A stretch of 64,000 nucleotides of DNA from assembly GCA_963769425.1 (NCBI GenBank), contig CAVYLP010000006.1:800001-864000 (forward strand), read 5' to 3'. This DNA is from Candidatus Bathyarchaeota archaeon (GTDB lineage Archaea; Thermoproteota; Bathyarchaeia; TCS64). Made by a program: the position numbers and the translations under genes. The notes beneath the pieces were generated by a model, which saw only the letters and a list, made by a program, of their open reading frames with translations, was not told the origin of the DNA and did no database searches. Positions 21,745 through 31,109 of the stretch are shown in pieces (the first letter of the stretch is position 1; each line of letters opens with the position of its first letter).

Positions 21745-22825
21745 CGAGGCAGATAGGCAGCGCGAGGCCACCGACAAGGCCCTCAAGCAGCTCGGCACAC
21801 TCGTCTACGACCAGATCAACCAGGGCGAGTTCCCCTGGGTGATGATGCAGAGCCGGAGCATCGACAACATCCAGTACGACCCGCACGTGCGCCAGTACAT
21901 CCTCGGCGACCGCATGGTCAAGCGCCACAGCAGGAACATCAAACACATACGCCCATTCACGCAGCTCATCTGGACTGCCTGGTTCGCAAGAGAGCTCGTC
22001 ACACAGAGGAAGACGAGCACCCTCAGGGAAGCCTACTACTCAGCGAGGGGCCAGCGCGACATCGAGTACACGGACCAGCAGGAGTCGGACAGCATCATCA
22101 CCGACCTCGAGGTGTCGCTGAACAAGGCGAGGGAGGACTTCGGCATCTTCCCCGAGGAGCGTAGCGCCATATTCGGGGACATAACCATCGAGTACACGGT
22201 CCCCGGCTACGAGGGCAGGCGCACGAACCTGACCGACCACCCAGACGGCATCATGGTCGGGCCCGCCGTAACGAGCAGCGAGTTCATCGAGACAACGGCG
22301 AACAAGGTAATCGTCGTAGAGAAGGGCGCAATGTTCACCCGCCTCGTCGAGGAGCAGGCGCACAAGAAGTTCAACGCCATACTCATACACACAGCCGGGC
22401 AGGCGCCGCGCAGCACGAGGAGCATCATCCACCGCCTGAGTAAGGATTGGGGGATGCCCGTCTACATCTTCACCGACGGCGACCCATGGGGTGTACACAT
22501 CGCTCAAGTCATCTGCTCGGGCTCAGCCAACGCGGCTCACCTACGAGGTCTCACAACCCCTGATGCCAAGTGGATAGGCGTCTGGGCCAGCGACATCATC
22601 GACTACAAGCTCCCCACTGAGAACCTCACCGAGTTCGACAAGAAGAGGCTCATGGAGCTCCAGCAGGACCCCCGCTATAACGAGGACCCGTGGAAGAGTC
22701 AGATAGAGCTCTTCATAAAGATACAGAAGAAGGCGGAGCTTGAGGCCTTCAGCCGCTACGGCCTCACCTACATAGTCGACAAGTATCTCCCCGAGAAGAT
22801 CGGTGCCCACGCCCCCGATTCTTAA
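21728..22825 (+). CDS. top6A: DNA topoisomerase VI subunit A
   Basis: STLREAYY catalytic Tyr, VVEK, DGDPWG Toprim motif, KAELEA. Confidence 0.96.
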   Translation: MAKRISEADRQREATDKALKQLGTLVYDQINQGEFPWVMMQSRSIDNIQYDPHVRQYILGDRMVKRHSRNIKHIRPFTQLIWTAWFARELVTQRKTSTLREAYYSARGQRDIEYTDQQESDSIITDLEVSLNKAREDFGIFPEERSAIFGDITIEYTVPGYEGRRTNLTDHPDGIMVGPAVTSSEFIETTANKVIVVEKGAMFTRLVEEQAHKKFNAILIHTAGQAPRSTRSIIHRLSKDWGMPVYIFTDGDPWGVHIAQVICSGSANAAHLRGLTTPDAKWIGVWASDIIDYKLPTENLTEFDKKRLMELQQDPRYNEDPWKSQIELFIKIQKKAELEAFSRYGLTYIVDKYLPEKIGAHAPDS

Positions 22826-22858
22826 ATACGCCGTCGCGTGACTCCTTCTGGGGACAAT

Positions 22859-23053
22859 ATGTCTGGCAGATTCGGTGTCACATATTCGAGGGTGATCGTC
22901 GCCGCCTTCGGGATCGCACTGCTCGGCCTCGGGGCCACGTTGACCTACCTAGCCCTCACGGTCGAGGGGGCCGCGCCAACCATGTTCTTCACGCCCCTCG
23001 GATTCCTGGTGGCGATTCTCGGCGTCTTCCTGCTTATCTCAAAGGATGCTTAG
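22859..23053 (+). CDS. Small hypothetical membrane protein with two TM helices
   Basis: 64 codons, two hydrophobic stretches, stop 2 nt before the next start. Confidence 0.65.
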   Translation: MSGRFGVTYSRVIVAAFGIALLGLGATLTYLALTVEGAAPTMFFTPLGFLVAILGVFLLISKDA

Positions 23054-23055
23054 AG

Positions 23056-23808
23056 ATGTCGGTAAAGGGCGTGGTGCTGGCTGGCGGCGAGGGGACACGG
23101 TTCAGGCCCCTGACCTATTACTTCCAGAAGTGTATGATCCCCATCGGGGACGAGCAGAAACCCATCCTCGACTACATCCTTCGCCTCCTCAAGTACCACG
23201 GGATCACCAAGACGGTGCTACTCGTTGGGTACAAGCACCAGCAGATAGAGAACTACTTCGAGCACGGGGAGAGGTTTGGCGTCGAGATGACCTACGTCCT
23301 CGATGACCCGAACCTCAAGGGAAGCGCAAACGCTCTCCTCAACGCCTACAAGAAGGGCGCGATCAAGGACGAGGACACCCTTGTAGTCTACTACGGGGAT
23401 ATAATTAGCAACCTCGACATCCGGGCGATGATCAAGCACCACCAGAGCACAAATGCGGACGCCACGCTCGCGTTGGCTAAGCGCTACAACATCAGTGTAG
23501 GTAAGGCAGAGCTCGATGGGACCCGCATAACGAACTTCATAGAGAAGCCTGACCTCATGCAGCCAATCAGCATCGGGATACTCACCCTTAGCGGCTCAAT
23601 GCTCAAGGAGATGTCGAGGCTACAGCAACAGGGGCAATTCAAGAGCTTCGACCTCATGGGCGACGTCATAAGTTACCTCGTCCAGAGGGGACGCCGTGTC
23701 GAAGCTTACCTCACCGACGCATTCTGGTACGACGTCGGCAGCATAGAGAGGTATGAAAGGCTCAGTCCTGAGAAACTCAGCGAGGTAATGGGCTTCCTCC
23801 TGAAGTAG
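23056..23808 (+). CDS. Nucleotidyltransferase family protein (NTP_transferase, no LbH domain)
   Basis: GVVLAGGEGTRFRPLT, VYYGD, FIEKP, WYDVG. Confidence 0.92.
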   Translation: MSVKGVVLAGGEGTRFRPLTYYFQKCMIPIGDEQKPILDYILRLLKYHGITKTVLLVGYKHQQIENYFEHGERFGVEMTYVLDDPNLKGSANALLNAYKKGAIKDEDTLVVYYGDIISNLDIRAMIKHHQSTNADATLALAKRYNISVGKAELDGTRITNFIEKPDLMQPISIGILTLSGSMLKEMSRLQQQGQFKSFDLMGDVISYLVQRGRRVEAYLTDAFWYDVGSIERYERLSPEKLSEVMGFLLK

Positions 23809-23826
23809 CTCAGTAATAAATGACAC

Positions 23827-24279
23827 TTAAACCTGATTCTCCATGGATCGAGAAGGTCCACGTTCCGACGAGTTTTTTTTCCTCTCCAAAAGTAACTCAT
23901 CAAGTTTGTTCATCATCGATAAAGTAGAGAAGTACCCACCTTGAATTGCATTATTTATAATTATGGATGGGATATCGAATGATTCTAAATCCTCCTCAAG
24001 TTCTGAGATTAGTTTGGATATTTTCTCCTTGACGTAGAGACATGCTCGAAGCTCAAGTTGCATCTCTTTAGCTACTTCGTCAGCTTCTTTGTCAGTGTTC
24101 TCCTCTCCCCAGTACTCTATTCTTCCGTCTTCCCAGAATATTCTCACGCCTTTTCCGCTTGACCTTACTTTGGGGAATATCGGTAATTTCTTTGTTATTT
24201 CAAGCCGGCGTTTCTTTTCTTTTTTATCTTGAATGTTTATTTGTGTAGTTTTTCTGTTTTCCACGGTCTTTTCACACAA
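23827..24279 (-). CDS. Hypothetical protein in an AT-rich patch
   Basis: 150-codon open frame in AT-rich DNA, charged helical composition; no recognised motif; start uncertain. Confidence 0.55.
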   Translation of the reverse strand: MCEKTVENRKTTQINIQDKKEKKRRLEITKKLPIFPKVRSSGKGVRIFWEDGRIEYWGEENTDKEADEVAKEMQLELRACLYVKEKISKLISELEEDLESFDIPSIIINNAIQGGYFSTLSMMNKLDELLLERKKNSSERGPSRSMENQV

Positions 24280-24480
24280 CTTTCATACCTCTTCTCAGCG
24301 GACGTGAACTGTTTATCTTTGCTTATCTTTTATTGTAATAACCTAATTAAGGATTATTTATATTTTATGGTAAACCATGGGGTGAATTCGTTATGACTCT
24401 TCTGGAACATATACGCTTTTTACAACCTCTACAGAAGTTTCTTAAACCATGGTCCGCTCATCCTTAACCGCCGGTGAAGC

Positions 24481-25572
24481 TTGATGAAGGCATTAGTCCT
24501 CGCGGGTGGCTTCGGCACTCGCCTTAGACCCTTAAGCTGCACGAGACCAAAGATGCTGTTCCCCATAGGAGACCAGCCTCTCATGGATTGGACGTTGAAG
24601 AACCTCTCACAGGGTGGAGTAGACACGGTCGTGATGGCGGTGAACTACATGGCGGAGGCTCTAGTACGCTATTTGGGTCCAACGAAGTACGACCTCGGCA
24701 TTATCTATAGCCGGGAACAGCGCCCCTTGGGTACGGGTGGCCCCATCAGGAAGGCGAAAGAGCTCCTGAACGGGGAGCCATTTCTCGTCCTAAACGGGGA
24801 TGTTATCACGGATGTCGACTATAGACGCTTGATAGAGTACCACAAGGCGAAGGGTGGCCTCGCGACCCTAGCGCTGACCTCGGTCTCCGATCCGAGCAGG
24901 TACGGAGCCGTCGAACTTGATTGGGAGGGCAGGATAACCCGTTTCGTCGAGAAGCCAGAGAAAGGGAAGGAGCCGAGCAACCTGATCAACGCAGGCATCT
25001 ACGTCCTAGACCCCAAGATATTCGACTACATCCCCGACGGCAGGGCCGTCAGCATTGAGAGAGAGGTATTCCCCGTCCTAGCCAACGAGCGCAAGCTCTA
25101 CGGCTTCGAGTTCCACGGCCTCTGGACGGACATGGGCATACCTGACGACTACCTCAAGGCTAACCAGATTATACTCAGCAAGTACGAGGGCGTGAAGCTC
25201 GGAGAAGGTGCCAAAGTAGACCCAACGGCGAAGCTCTTAGCTCCTTGCTACATTGGTCCAGAAGCCGAGGTAGGTGCGGATAGTCTCATAGGTCCTAATA
25301 CGACCATAAGTGACCACGTCCTCATCGGGAAAGGATGCAGGATAGACAACAGCATCCTCTTCGCGGGAGCCTCTATAGGCGACTACTCCTCGGTGAAGAA
25401 CGCGATAATCGGGGAGAACGCCATCCTTGAGAGGTGGGTCAAGGTCGAGTCGGGCAGCCTCGTGGGCGACTACTCGGTGATACGGGACGGCGTCACCATA
25501 ACCGACGGCGTCAGCATCTGCCCGAGCAAGGAAGTAAGCGAGAGCATACTTGAGCGCCGCCAGGTCATGTGA
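24481..25572 (+). CDS. NDP-sugar synthase (mannose/glucose-1-phosphate nucleotidyltransferase with LbH domain)
   Basis: LAGGFGTRLRPL, PLGTGG, NGD, FVEKP, INAGIY, C-terminal hexapeptide repeats. Confidence 0.93.
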   Translation: MMKALVLAGGFGTRLRPLSCTRPKMLFPIGDQPLMDWTLKNLSQGGVDTVVMAVNYMAEALVRYLGPTKYDLGIIYSREQRPLGTGGPIRKAKELLNGEPFLVLNGDVITDVDYRRLIEYHKAKGGLATLALTSVSDPSRYGAVELDWEGRITRFVEKPEKGKEPSNLINAGIYVLDPKIFDYIPDGRAVSIEREVFPVLANERKLYGFEFHGLWTDMGIPDDYLKANQIILSKYEGVKLGEGAKVDPTAKLLAPCYIGPEAEVGADSLIGPNTTISDHVLIGKGCRIDNSILFAGASIGDYSSVKNAIIGENAILERWVKVESGSLVGDYSVIRDGVTITDGVSICPSKEVSESILERRQVM

Positions 25573-25630
25573 CCGCGGCGCCGGCTCTCTCGCTTCCACC
25601 TTTAATTATTCGGAGACCGGTACTCTAGGC

Positions 25631-26989
25631 ATGGGTCGCCTATTCGGCACGAACGGCGTCGGGGGTCGCGAACAAGGAGCTCACCTCGAGCTCGTGACGC
25701 GCCTCGCTGCCTCATGCGGACACATTTTAGGGAAAAATATCGCCCTCGGCAGGGACGGGAGGGTGACGAGCCCCATGTTCGGGGACACCGCTGCTTCCGG
25801 TCTCATGTCCGCGGGCTGCAACGTCCACGACCTCGGGGTCCTCCCCACGCCCGCCCTCCAGTACGCCGTAAAACATCTCGGACTCGACGGCGGACTCATG
25901 ATAACGGCGAGCCACAACCCGCCAGAGTTCAACGGCGTCAAGGTGATGGCCTCTGATGGTGTCGAGATACCGCGGGGCGTCGAGGACGAGATCGAGGGCA
26001 TCTACTTCTCCGGGGGACCGAAACTCGCCGAGTGGGATCAAGTTGGCACAATGATGAAGAGGGAAGCAATCAGCCTCTACATCGATGCGATTCTCTCCAA
26101 ATCGGAAGTCGACACCATCAAAGTGAAGAAATTCAAGGTGGCCATAGACCCCGGGAACGGCGTCGGGACGCTCGTCGCCCCCACGATCGCCCAGCGCCTC
26201 GGCTGCGAGGTCTACACGGTAAACTCGGAGCTCGACGGCAGGTTCCCCGGTCGCGAGTCAGAACCCCGCCCCGACAACCTCGGGGCGCTCAGGGAGCTCG
26301 TCAAGGCTACAAGCGCGGACATGGGCATCGCCTTCGACGGGGACGCAGACAGGAGCATCTTCCTGAACGAACTGGGTGAGCCCCTCTGGGGTGACCGTAG
26401 TTTTGCCCTTGTCGCCAAGTACTACATGGCTAGTCACAGGAAGGCGAGGGTCGTCACACCCGTCAGCAGCAGCAACGCCATAGTCGACGTCGTAGAGGCC
26501 GCGGGGGGCTCCATCTACTGGACGCGTGTGGGGAGCGTTGACGTGAGTCGGGCGATGGTCGAGAACGGCATCGAGTTCGGCGGGGAGGAGAACGGGGGCG
26601 TCATGTATGGCCCCCACCACCCCGTCAGGGACGGCTCGATGACGATGGCCCTTGTCCTCGGTATCATGGCGGGGGAGGGGAAGCCGCTCAGCGGACTCGT
26701 GGCCGAGCTTCCCACCTATGCACAAGTGAAGGACAGGGTGCGCTGCCCCAACGAGCTGAAGCAGAGGGTCCTTGAGGCACTGCGCACTAAGGTGGCAGCG
26801 CCACGAGTCGACACCATGGACGGTCTCAAGCTCATCTTCGGGGACGGCAGTTGGATACTCGTACGCCCCAGCGGGACAGAGCCAATCTTCAGGCTTTACG
26901 CCGAGGCGGACACGCAGTTCAAGGTCGATGGGCTTGTTTCGGAGAACAAGAGGCTCATCGAAGAGACGGTGAAGTCGCTTAGTGCCTGA
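25631..26989 (+). CDS. Phosphoglucosamine mutase / PMM-PGM family
   Basis: LFGTNGV, TASHNP, FDGDADR, GGEENG, RPSGTEP. Confidence 0.94.
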   Translation: MGRLFGTNGVGGREQGAHLELVTRLAASCGHILGKNIALGRDGRVTSPMFGDTAASGLMSAGCNVHDLGVLPTPALQYAVKHLGLDGGLMITASHNPPEFNGVKVMASDGVEIPRGVEDEIEGIYFSGGPKLAEWDQVGTMMKREAISLYIDAILSKSEVDTIKVKKFKVAIDPGNGVGTLVAPTIAQRLGCEVYTVNSELDGRFPGRESEPRPDNLGALRELVKATSADMGIAFDGDADRSIFLNELGEPLWGDRSFALVAKYYMASHRKARVVTPVSSSNAIVDVVEAAGGSIYWTRVGSVDVSRAMVENGIEFGGEENGGVMYGPHHPVRDGSMTMALVLGIMAGEGKPLSGLVAELPTYAQVKDRVRCPNELKQRVLEALRTKVAAPRVDTMDGLKLIFGDGSWILVRPSGTEPIFRLYAEADTQFKVDGLVSENKRLIEETVKSLSA

Positions 26990-27668
26990 GGCTGCGGGCC
27001 AGGTCTAGGAGGGCTACCTGTGGGTCCTTCGCCTTGACAACGCCGCTTGCGACTAGTATCCCCTCTGCCCCCAGCTTTTGGGCGGCCACCACGTCGTCGC
27101 CGTTCGTTATCCCGGCGCCGCATAGTACCCTGATCTTCGAGTTGACGTGCTTTATGGCAGTAACTGCCCCCGAGACTACCTCGGGCCTCGCCTTTGAGAC
27201 TGAGATGCCGCTGCCGATTAGCTCCGGTGGCTCGATGGCGATGGCCTCAGGGGCGAATGCCGCGACCTGCCTTCCCTTCTCGACGGTGTCGACGCAGACG
27301 ACCGTTGAGAGGTCCGCCTCCCGTGCCCGCTTAACGGTGGTCTTGATGACCTCGAGGGGAATCTGCCTCTCGCTGTGGTTGATGAGGGTCCCCACGCAGC
27401 CCGCCTCCGCGACGGACTCGGGGAGGATGTGGCCCGTAAACTGGCCCATGCCGACTGGGTCAACGTGCTGTGCGAAGACCGGGGTCTCGCTGGCGTCGAT
27501 GACTATCTTCGAGTCGGCGAGCTGGGGAGCGAGGGCTATGCTCGTCCCCGTCTTTACGTGGACCTGCTCCGCGATCTTCGCCAGCCTAACGGCGTTCTCC
27601 CCCATCCCCTCCCTGTAGGTCTTGAGGTTGACGAGGATCAGGGGATACTTGACTAGGATTCCCTCCAT
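26979..27668 (-). CDS. tpiA: Triosephosphate isomerase, archaeal type
   Basis: VNLKTY, FAQH, LINHSE, IEPPELIGSG, LCGAGI, LVASGVVKA. Confidence 0.96.
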   Translation of the reverse strand: MEGILVKYPLILVNLKTYREGMGENAVRLAKIAEQVHVKTGTSIALAPQLADSKIVIDASETPVFAQHVDPVGMGQFTGHILPESVAEAGCVGTLINHSERQIPLEVIKTTVKRAREADLSTVVCVDTVEKGRQVAAFAPEAIAIEPPELIGSGISVSKARPEVVSGAVTAIKHVNSKIRVLCGAGITNGDDVVAAQKLGAEGILVASGVVKAKDPQVALLDLARSLRH

Positions 27669-27716
27669 GCCGGTATCGTTGATTAGAATCCCCCAGCCCC
27701 TTTTGAGCTTTCCCGG

Positions 27717-28682
27717 CTAGGGGCTGACCACGAGCCGGGGCGATGCCCCGGGGGAGAGGGAGAACCCCGACGAATCGAGGGAGTACGTGTAGGTTCCGGG
27801 CTTCGCGGGGACGAAGTTGAAGTCGTAAGTTGAACGGGTGCCGGGGGCCGCTGTGGTCACCTTCGTTATGGTTGCCACGGGCGCCTCTTCCCCCTCGATG
27901 TAGAATCTGCAGGTCACGTTCTGCGTGATCGAGTGAACCCTCGTCGGGTTATCGAGGGCTATCTCAACGAACGTCAGGTCATGCACCTTAGAGGTCGCCG
28001 TTGTCCCATTGGCGTTATACCACCCCGATCTGGTGAGAGTCAGGGTAGGCGGAACGATCAGGGGGTACCTCGTGGTCTTGAAGGGGAGCATGGCCTCGAA
28101 GAAGAGGACGTTGGCCTTAGCGCGCCCGGTGATGGTGACCTCCACCTCCCCGGCGTGTGCCGCGACCGCGTCGCTGACGAGCTTCTTGAAGGCAGCCTCG
28201 TCATCCACGGAGAGTGGGAGGTTTCTGTTCAAGAAGGTTATGTAGCCGACCTTTTCCCGGGTGAAGGTGTATGTGCGGTTCATGACGGTGTGGCCCTCAA
28301 CCTGGAAGGTAAGGTAGACATCGGAGACCTCGGGCTGTGTGACTACGATGGGGCTAAGGGTGACACTGATCAGCCACTTCCTGACGTAGTCTGGGGTCTG
28401 AGTGACGTGGCCCTCGGTGCTCGTGAAGCCTGGAATTGTGATCGCTAGGCCCACGTTGATTGTCCCGTTCCTCCCCTGGATGGCGTCCCTAAGGTAGTTG
28501 GACATCCCCTCCTCCGAGAACTCGAGGTTCACGGCCATCCTATTCAGCTCCCCATAGCTGCTGTATATGTTGCCGATCTGGCGCCCGGCCAGGATGGCGG
28601 TGAATATGATGACCAGCTGGACGAGGCCGATGAGCTCCTCCCTGCTGGCTATCTTCTCCTTGTTCTGCTCCTTATCCGTCAT
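27717..28682 (-). CDS. Hypothetical membrane-anchored beta-rich (probably extracellular) protein
   Basis: N-terminal TM helix, Thr/Val-rich beta-strand pattern, C-terminal Ig/CARDB-like PAKPGTYTY. Confidence 0.75.
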   Translation of the reverse strand: MTDKEQNKEKIASREELIGLVQLVIIFTAILAGRQIGNIYSSYGELNRMAVNLEFSEEGMSNYLRDAIQGRNGTINVGLAITIPGFTSTEGHVTQTPDYVRKWLISVTLSPIVVTQPEVSDVYLTFQVEGHTVMNRTYTFTREKVGYITFLNRNLPLSVDDEAAFKKLVSDAVAAHAGEVEVTITGRAKANVLFFEAMLPFKTTRYPLIVPPTLTLTRSGWYNANGTTATSKVHDLTFVEIALDNPTRVHSITQNVTCRFYIEGEEAPVATITKVTTAAPGTRSTYDFNFVPAKPGTYTYSLDSSGFSLSPGASPRLVVSP

Positions 28683-28911
28683 CGATCTTGAGTTGGTTGA
28701 CGGTCCATATTACACTTCTTAACGAGAGACTAATCCAATGAGGCTGCACCGCGACATAGACAGAAGTTTAAATAAATGAAAGTCTAGGTTAGAAGGGATC
28801 AAAACTCACAGGAAGAATTGAGATCTCTCGCAGACCGTCGGTTCAGCCGAAGCAACGTGTTTTAATAGCCCAAACCGGCTATTCGATCGAAAACTTCGGG
28901 GGGAGCAATCG

Positions 28912-31041
28912 ATGAAGGAACTGAATAACCGCGTACTGGTCACGTCGGCGCTCATCTACGCTAACGGGCCCCTCCACATAGGGCACCTTGTGGAGAACAC
29001 ACAGACAGACATCTACGTCCGATTCCTGAAGCTGAACGGCCACGACGCCTTCTACTGCGGGGCGGAGGACACGCACGGCGCCCCGATCGAGATCGCGGCG
29101 GCGAAGCAGGGCGTCACCCCCGAGCAGTTCATCGACAAGTGGGCCAAGGAGCACAAAGAGGACTACAAGAGGTACCACATCGACTACGACAGCTACTACA
29201 CGACGAACAGCCCCGAAAACAAGGCATATACGGAGCTCATCTTCAAGCGCCTCGTTGACGCGGGGCACATCTACACGAAGGAGATCGAGCTCACATACTG
29301 CGAGCACTGTAAGCGGTACCTCCCCGACAGGTACGTGAAGGGGACGTGCCCGAAGTGCGGGGCGAAGGACCAGTACGGGGACGTCTGCGAGCACTGTAAC
29401 GCCACCTACGCCACCACGGACCTTGTCGAGCCTTACTGCAGCATCTGTGGCTCCACCCCCATTCGGAAGCCGAGCCGCCACTACTTCTTCCGCCTCAACG
29501 ACTTCAGCGACAAGCTACGCGTATGGCTCACGGGGAACAAGAATCTGCAGCCCGAGATCAGGAACCAGATACTAAGCTGGGTGGATCAGGGACTTCAGGA
29601 CTGGTGCATTAGCAGGGACGGCCCATACTTCGGGTTCAAGATACCAGGGGAGGAGGAGAAGTACTTCTACGTCTGGCTCGACGCCCCCATCGGCTACATC
29701 GCCTCAACGGCGAACTACTGCAGGGGCAAGTCCTTCACTGCGGACGACATCTGGCAGACCGACGACTCTACGATAGTCCACGTCATCGGGAAGGACATCA
29801 TCTACTTCCACCTCCTCTTCTGGCCAGCCGTCCTCATGGGCAGCGGCTTCCACGTCCCCGACAACATAGTCGTCCACGGCTTCCTCAACGTCAACGGGGA
29901 GAAGATGAGCAAGAGTAGAGGCACATTCCTCACAGCCAGCGAGTTCGCCGACCTCCTCGACCCCGAGCTCCTCCGCTACTACTACGCCGCCAACCTGAGC
30001 CACACCATGACGGACATCGACCTCGACCTAAAGACCCTACAGGATAAGGTCAACAACGAGCTCGTCAGCAACATAGCCAACCTCGTCTACAGGACCCTCA
30101 GCTTCCTCGACAAGAACTTCGACAGCAAGATCACGACGACGCTCGACAGGGCGCTGCTCGCCGACGTGGCGAAGAAGGCGGAGGGCGTCAGGGACAGCTA
30201 CTACGAACTCAACTTCCGCGAGGCCGTCGCGAAAACACTCGAGATCAGCACAGTCGGCAACAGGTACTTCCAGGACAACAAGCCGTGGGAGCTCGTAAAG
30301 ACAGACAGGGAGAAGGCGCAGAGGGTGCTTACGGACTGCGTGAATATCGTCAAAACGGTGGCGGTCCTCATGAAGCCGATAACTCCTGTCTTCGCCGAGA
30401 GAGTCGAGGAGCAGCTCGGACTCCACGACCTAAAGTGGGCCGACGTGGACTGCGTCGTCGAGAACCACAGCATCGCGGGCGCCAAGATAATCCTCCGCAA
30501 GATTGACCCGATAGTGCTGAAGAAGCCGGGGGAGAAGCAGGAGGAGAAGAGGGAGGAGAAACCCGCAAAACCGAATGGCCCCGCGGCGCTCGACCTACGT
30601 GTCGCGGTCGTCACCGAGATCAATGACCACCCGCAGGCCGACAAACTCTACGTCCTAAAGATCGACCTCGGCTCGGAGCAGAGGCAGCTATGCGCCGGGC
30701 TCAAGCCCTACTACCCGAAGGAGGAGCTGCTCGGGAAGCATTTGGTGGTCGTCACTAACCTGAAGCCCGCGAAGTTGCGTGGCGAGCTGAGTCAGGGGAT
30801 GCTCCTCGCAGCCGACTCGGGGAGCATGGTCGGCGTCCTCAACGCGCCCGACAGCCCCGCGGGGACTCAGGTAACCGCCGAGGGCGTCTCTGGGAAGGGT
30901 GCACCCCAGATCGAGATCGGGGACATCGCAGCCCTCACGCTGGAGGCGAAGACGGGGAAGGCCTACGTCAATGGAAAGCTATTGGCGACCGAGAGGGAGA
31001 CGGTCCGAGTCGACAAGGGCGTAGAGGGCAGGATCAGGTAG
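28912..31041 (+). CDS. metG: Methionyl-tRNA synthetase with C-terminal tRNA-binding domain
   Basis: YANGPLHIGH, Zn knuckles, YVWLDAPIGY, KMSKS, NLKPAKLRGELSQGM. Confidence 0.97.
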   Translation: MKELNNRVLVTSALIYANGPLHIGHLVENTQTDIYVRFLKLNGHDAFYCGAEDTHGAPIEIAAAKQGVTPEQFIDKWAKEHKEDYKRYHIDYDSYYTTNSPENKAYTELIFKRLVDAGHIYTKEIELTYCEHCKRYLPDRYVKGTCPKCGAKDQYGDVCEHCNATYATTDLVEPYCSICGSTPIRKPSRHYFFRLNDFSDKLRVWLTGNKNLQPEIRNQILSWVDQGLQDWCISRDGPYFGFKIPGEEEKYFYVWLDAPIGYIASTANYCRGKSFTADDIWQTDDSTIVHVIGKDIIYFHLLFWPAVLMGSGFHVPDNIVVHGFLNVNGEKMSKSRGTFLTASEFADLLDPELLRYYYAANLSHTMTDIDLDLKTLQDKVNNELVSNIANLVYRTLSFLDKNFDSKITTTLDRALLADVAKKAEGVRDSYYELNFREAVAKTLEISTVGNRYFQDNKPWELVKTDREKAQRVLTDCVNIVKTVAVLMKPITPVFAERVEEQLGLHDLKWADVDCVVENHSIAGAKIILRKIDPIVLKKPGEKQEEKREEKPAKPNGPAALDLRVAVVTEINDHPQADKLYVLKIDLGSEQRQLCAGLKPYYPKEELLGKHLVVVTNLKPAKLRGELSQGMLLAADSGSMVGVLNAPDSPAGTQVTAEGVSGKGAPQIEIGDIAALTLEAKTGKAYVNGKLLATERETVRVDKGVEGRIR

Positions 31042-31109
31042 TCCAAATCCGCCCTTTTCCCATCTGCTTATTTAAATTTAGGTAGTTCTCAGAGCACCCA
31101 GAGAAAACG

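Noticed and set aside
18358-22825. aIF-1A-RIO1-KH-Top6B-Top6A cluster as a novel system
   Set aside because: A well-known conserved archaeal gene neighbourhood
28740-28910. Possible SAM or T-box leader upstream of metG, with small hairpins TCGGTTCAGCCGA and AATAGCC/GGCTATT
   Set aside because: No riboswitch consensus; the hairpins are short enough to be chance or simple promoter features
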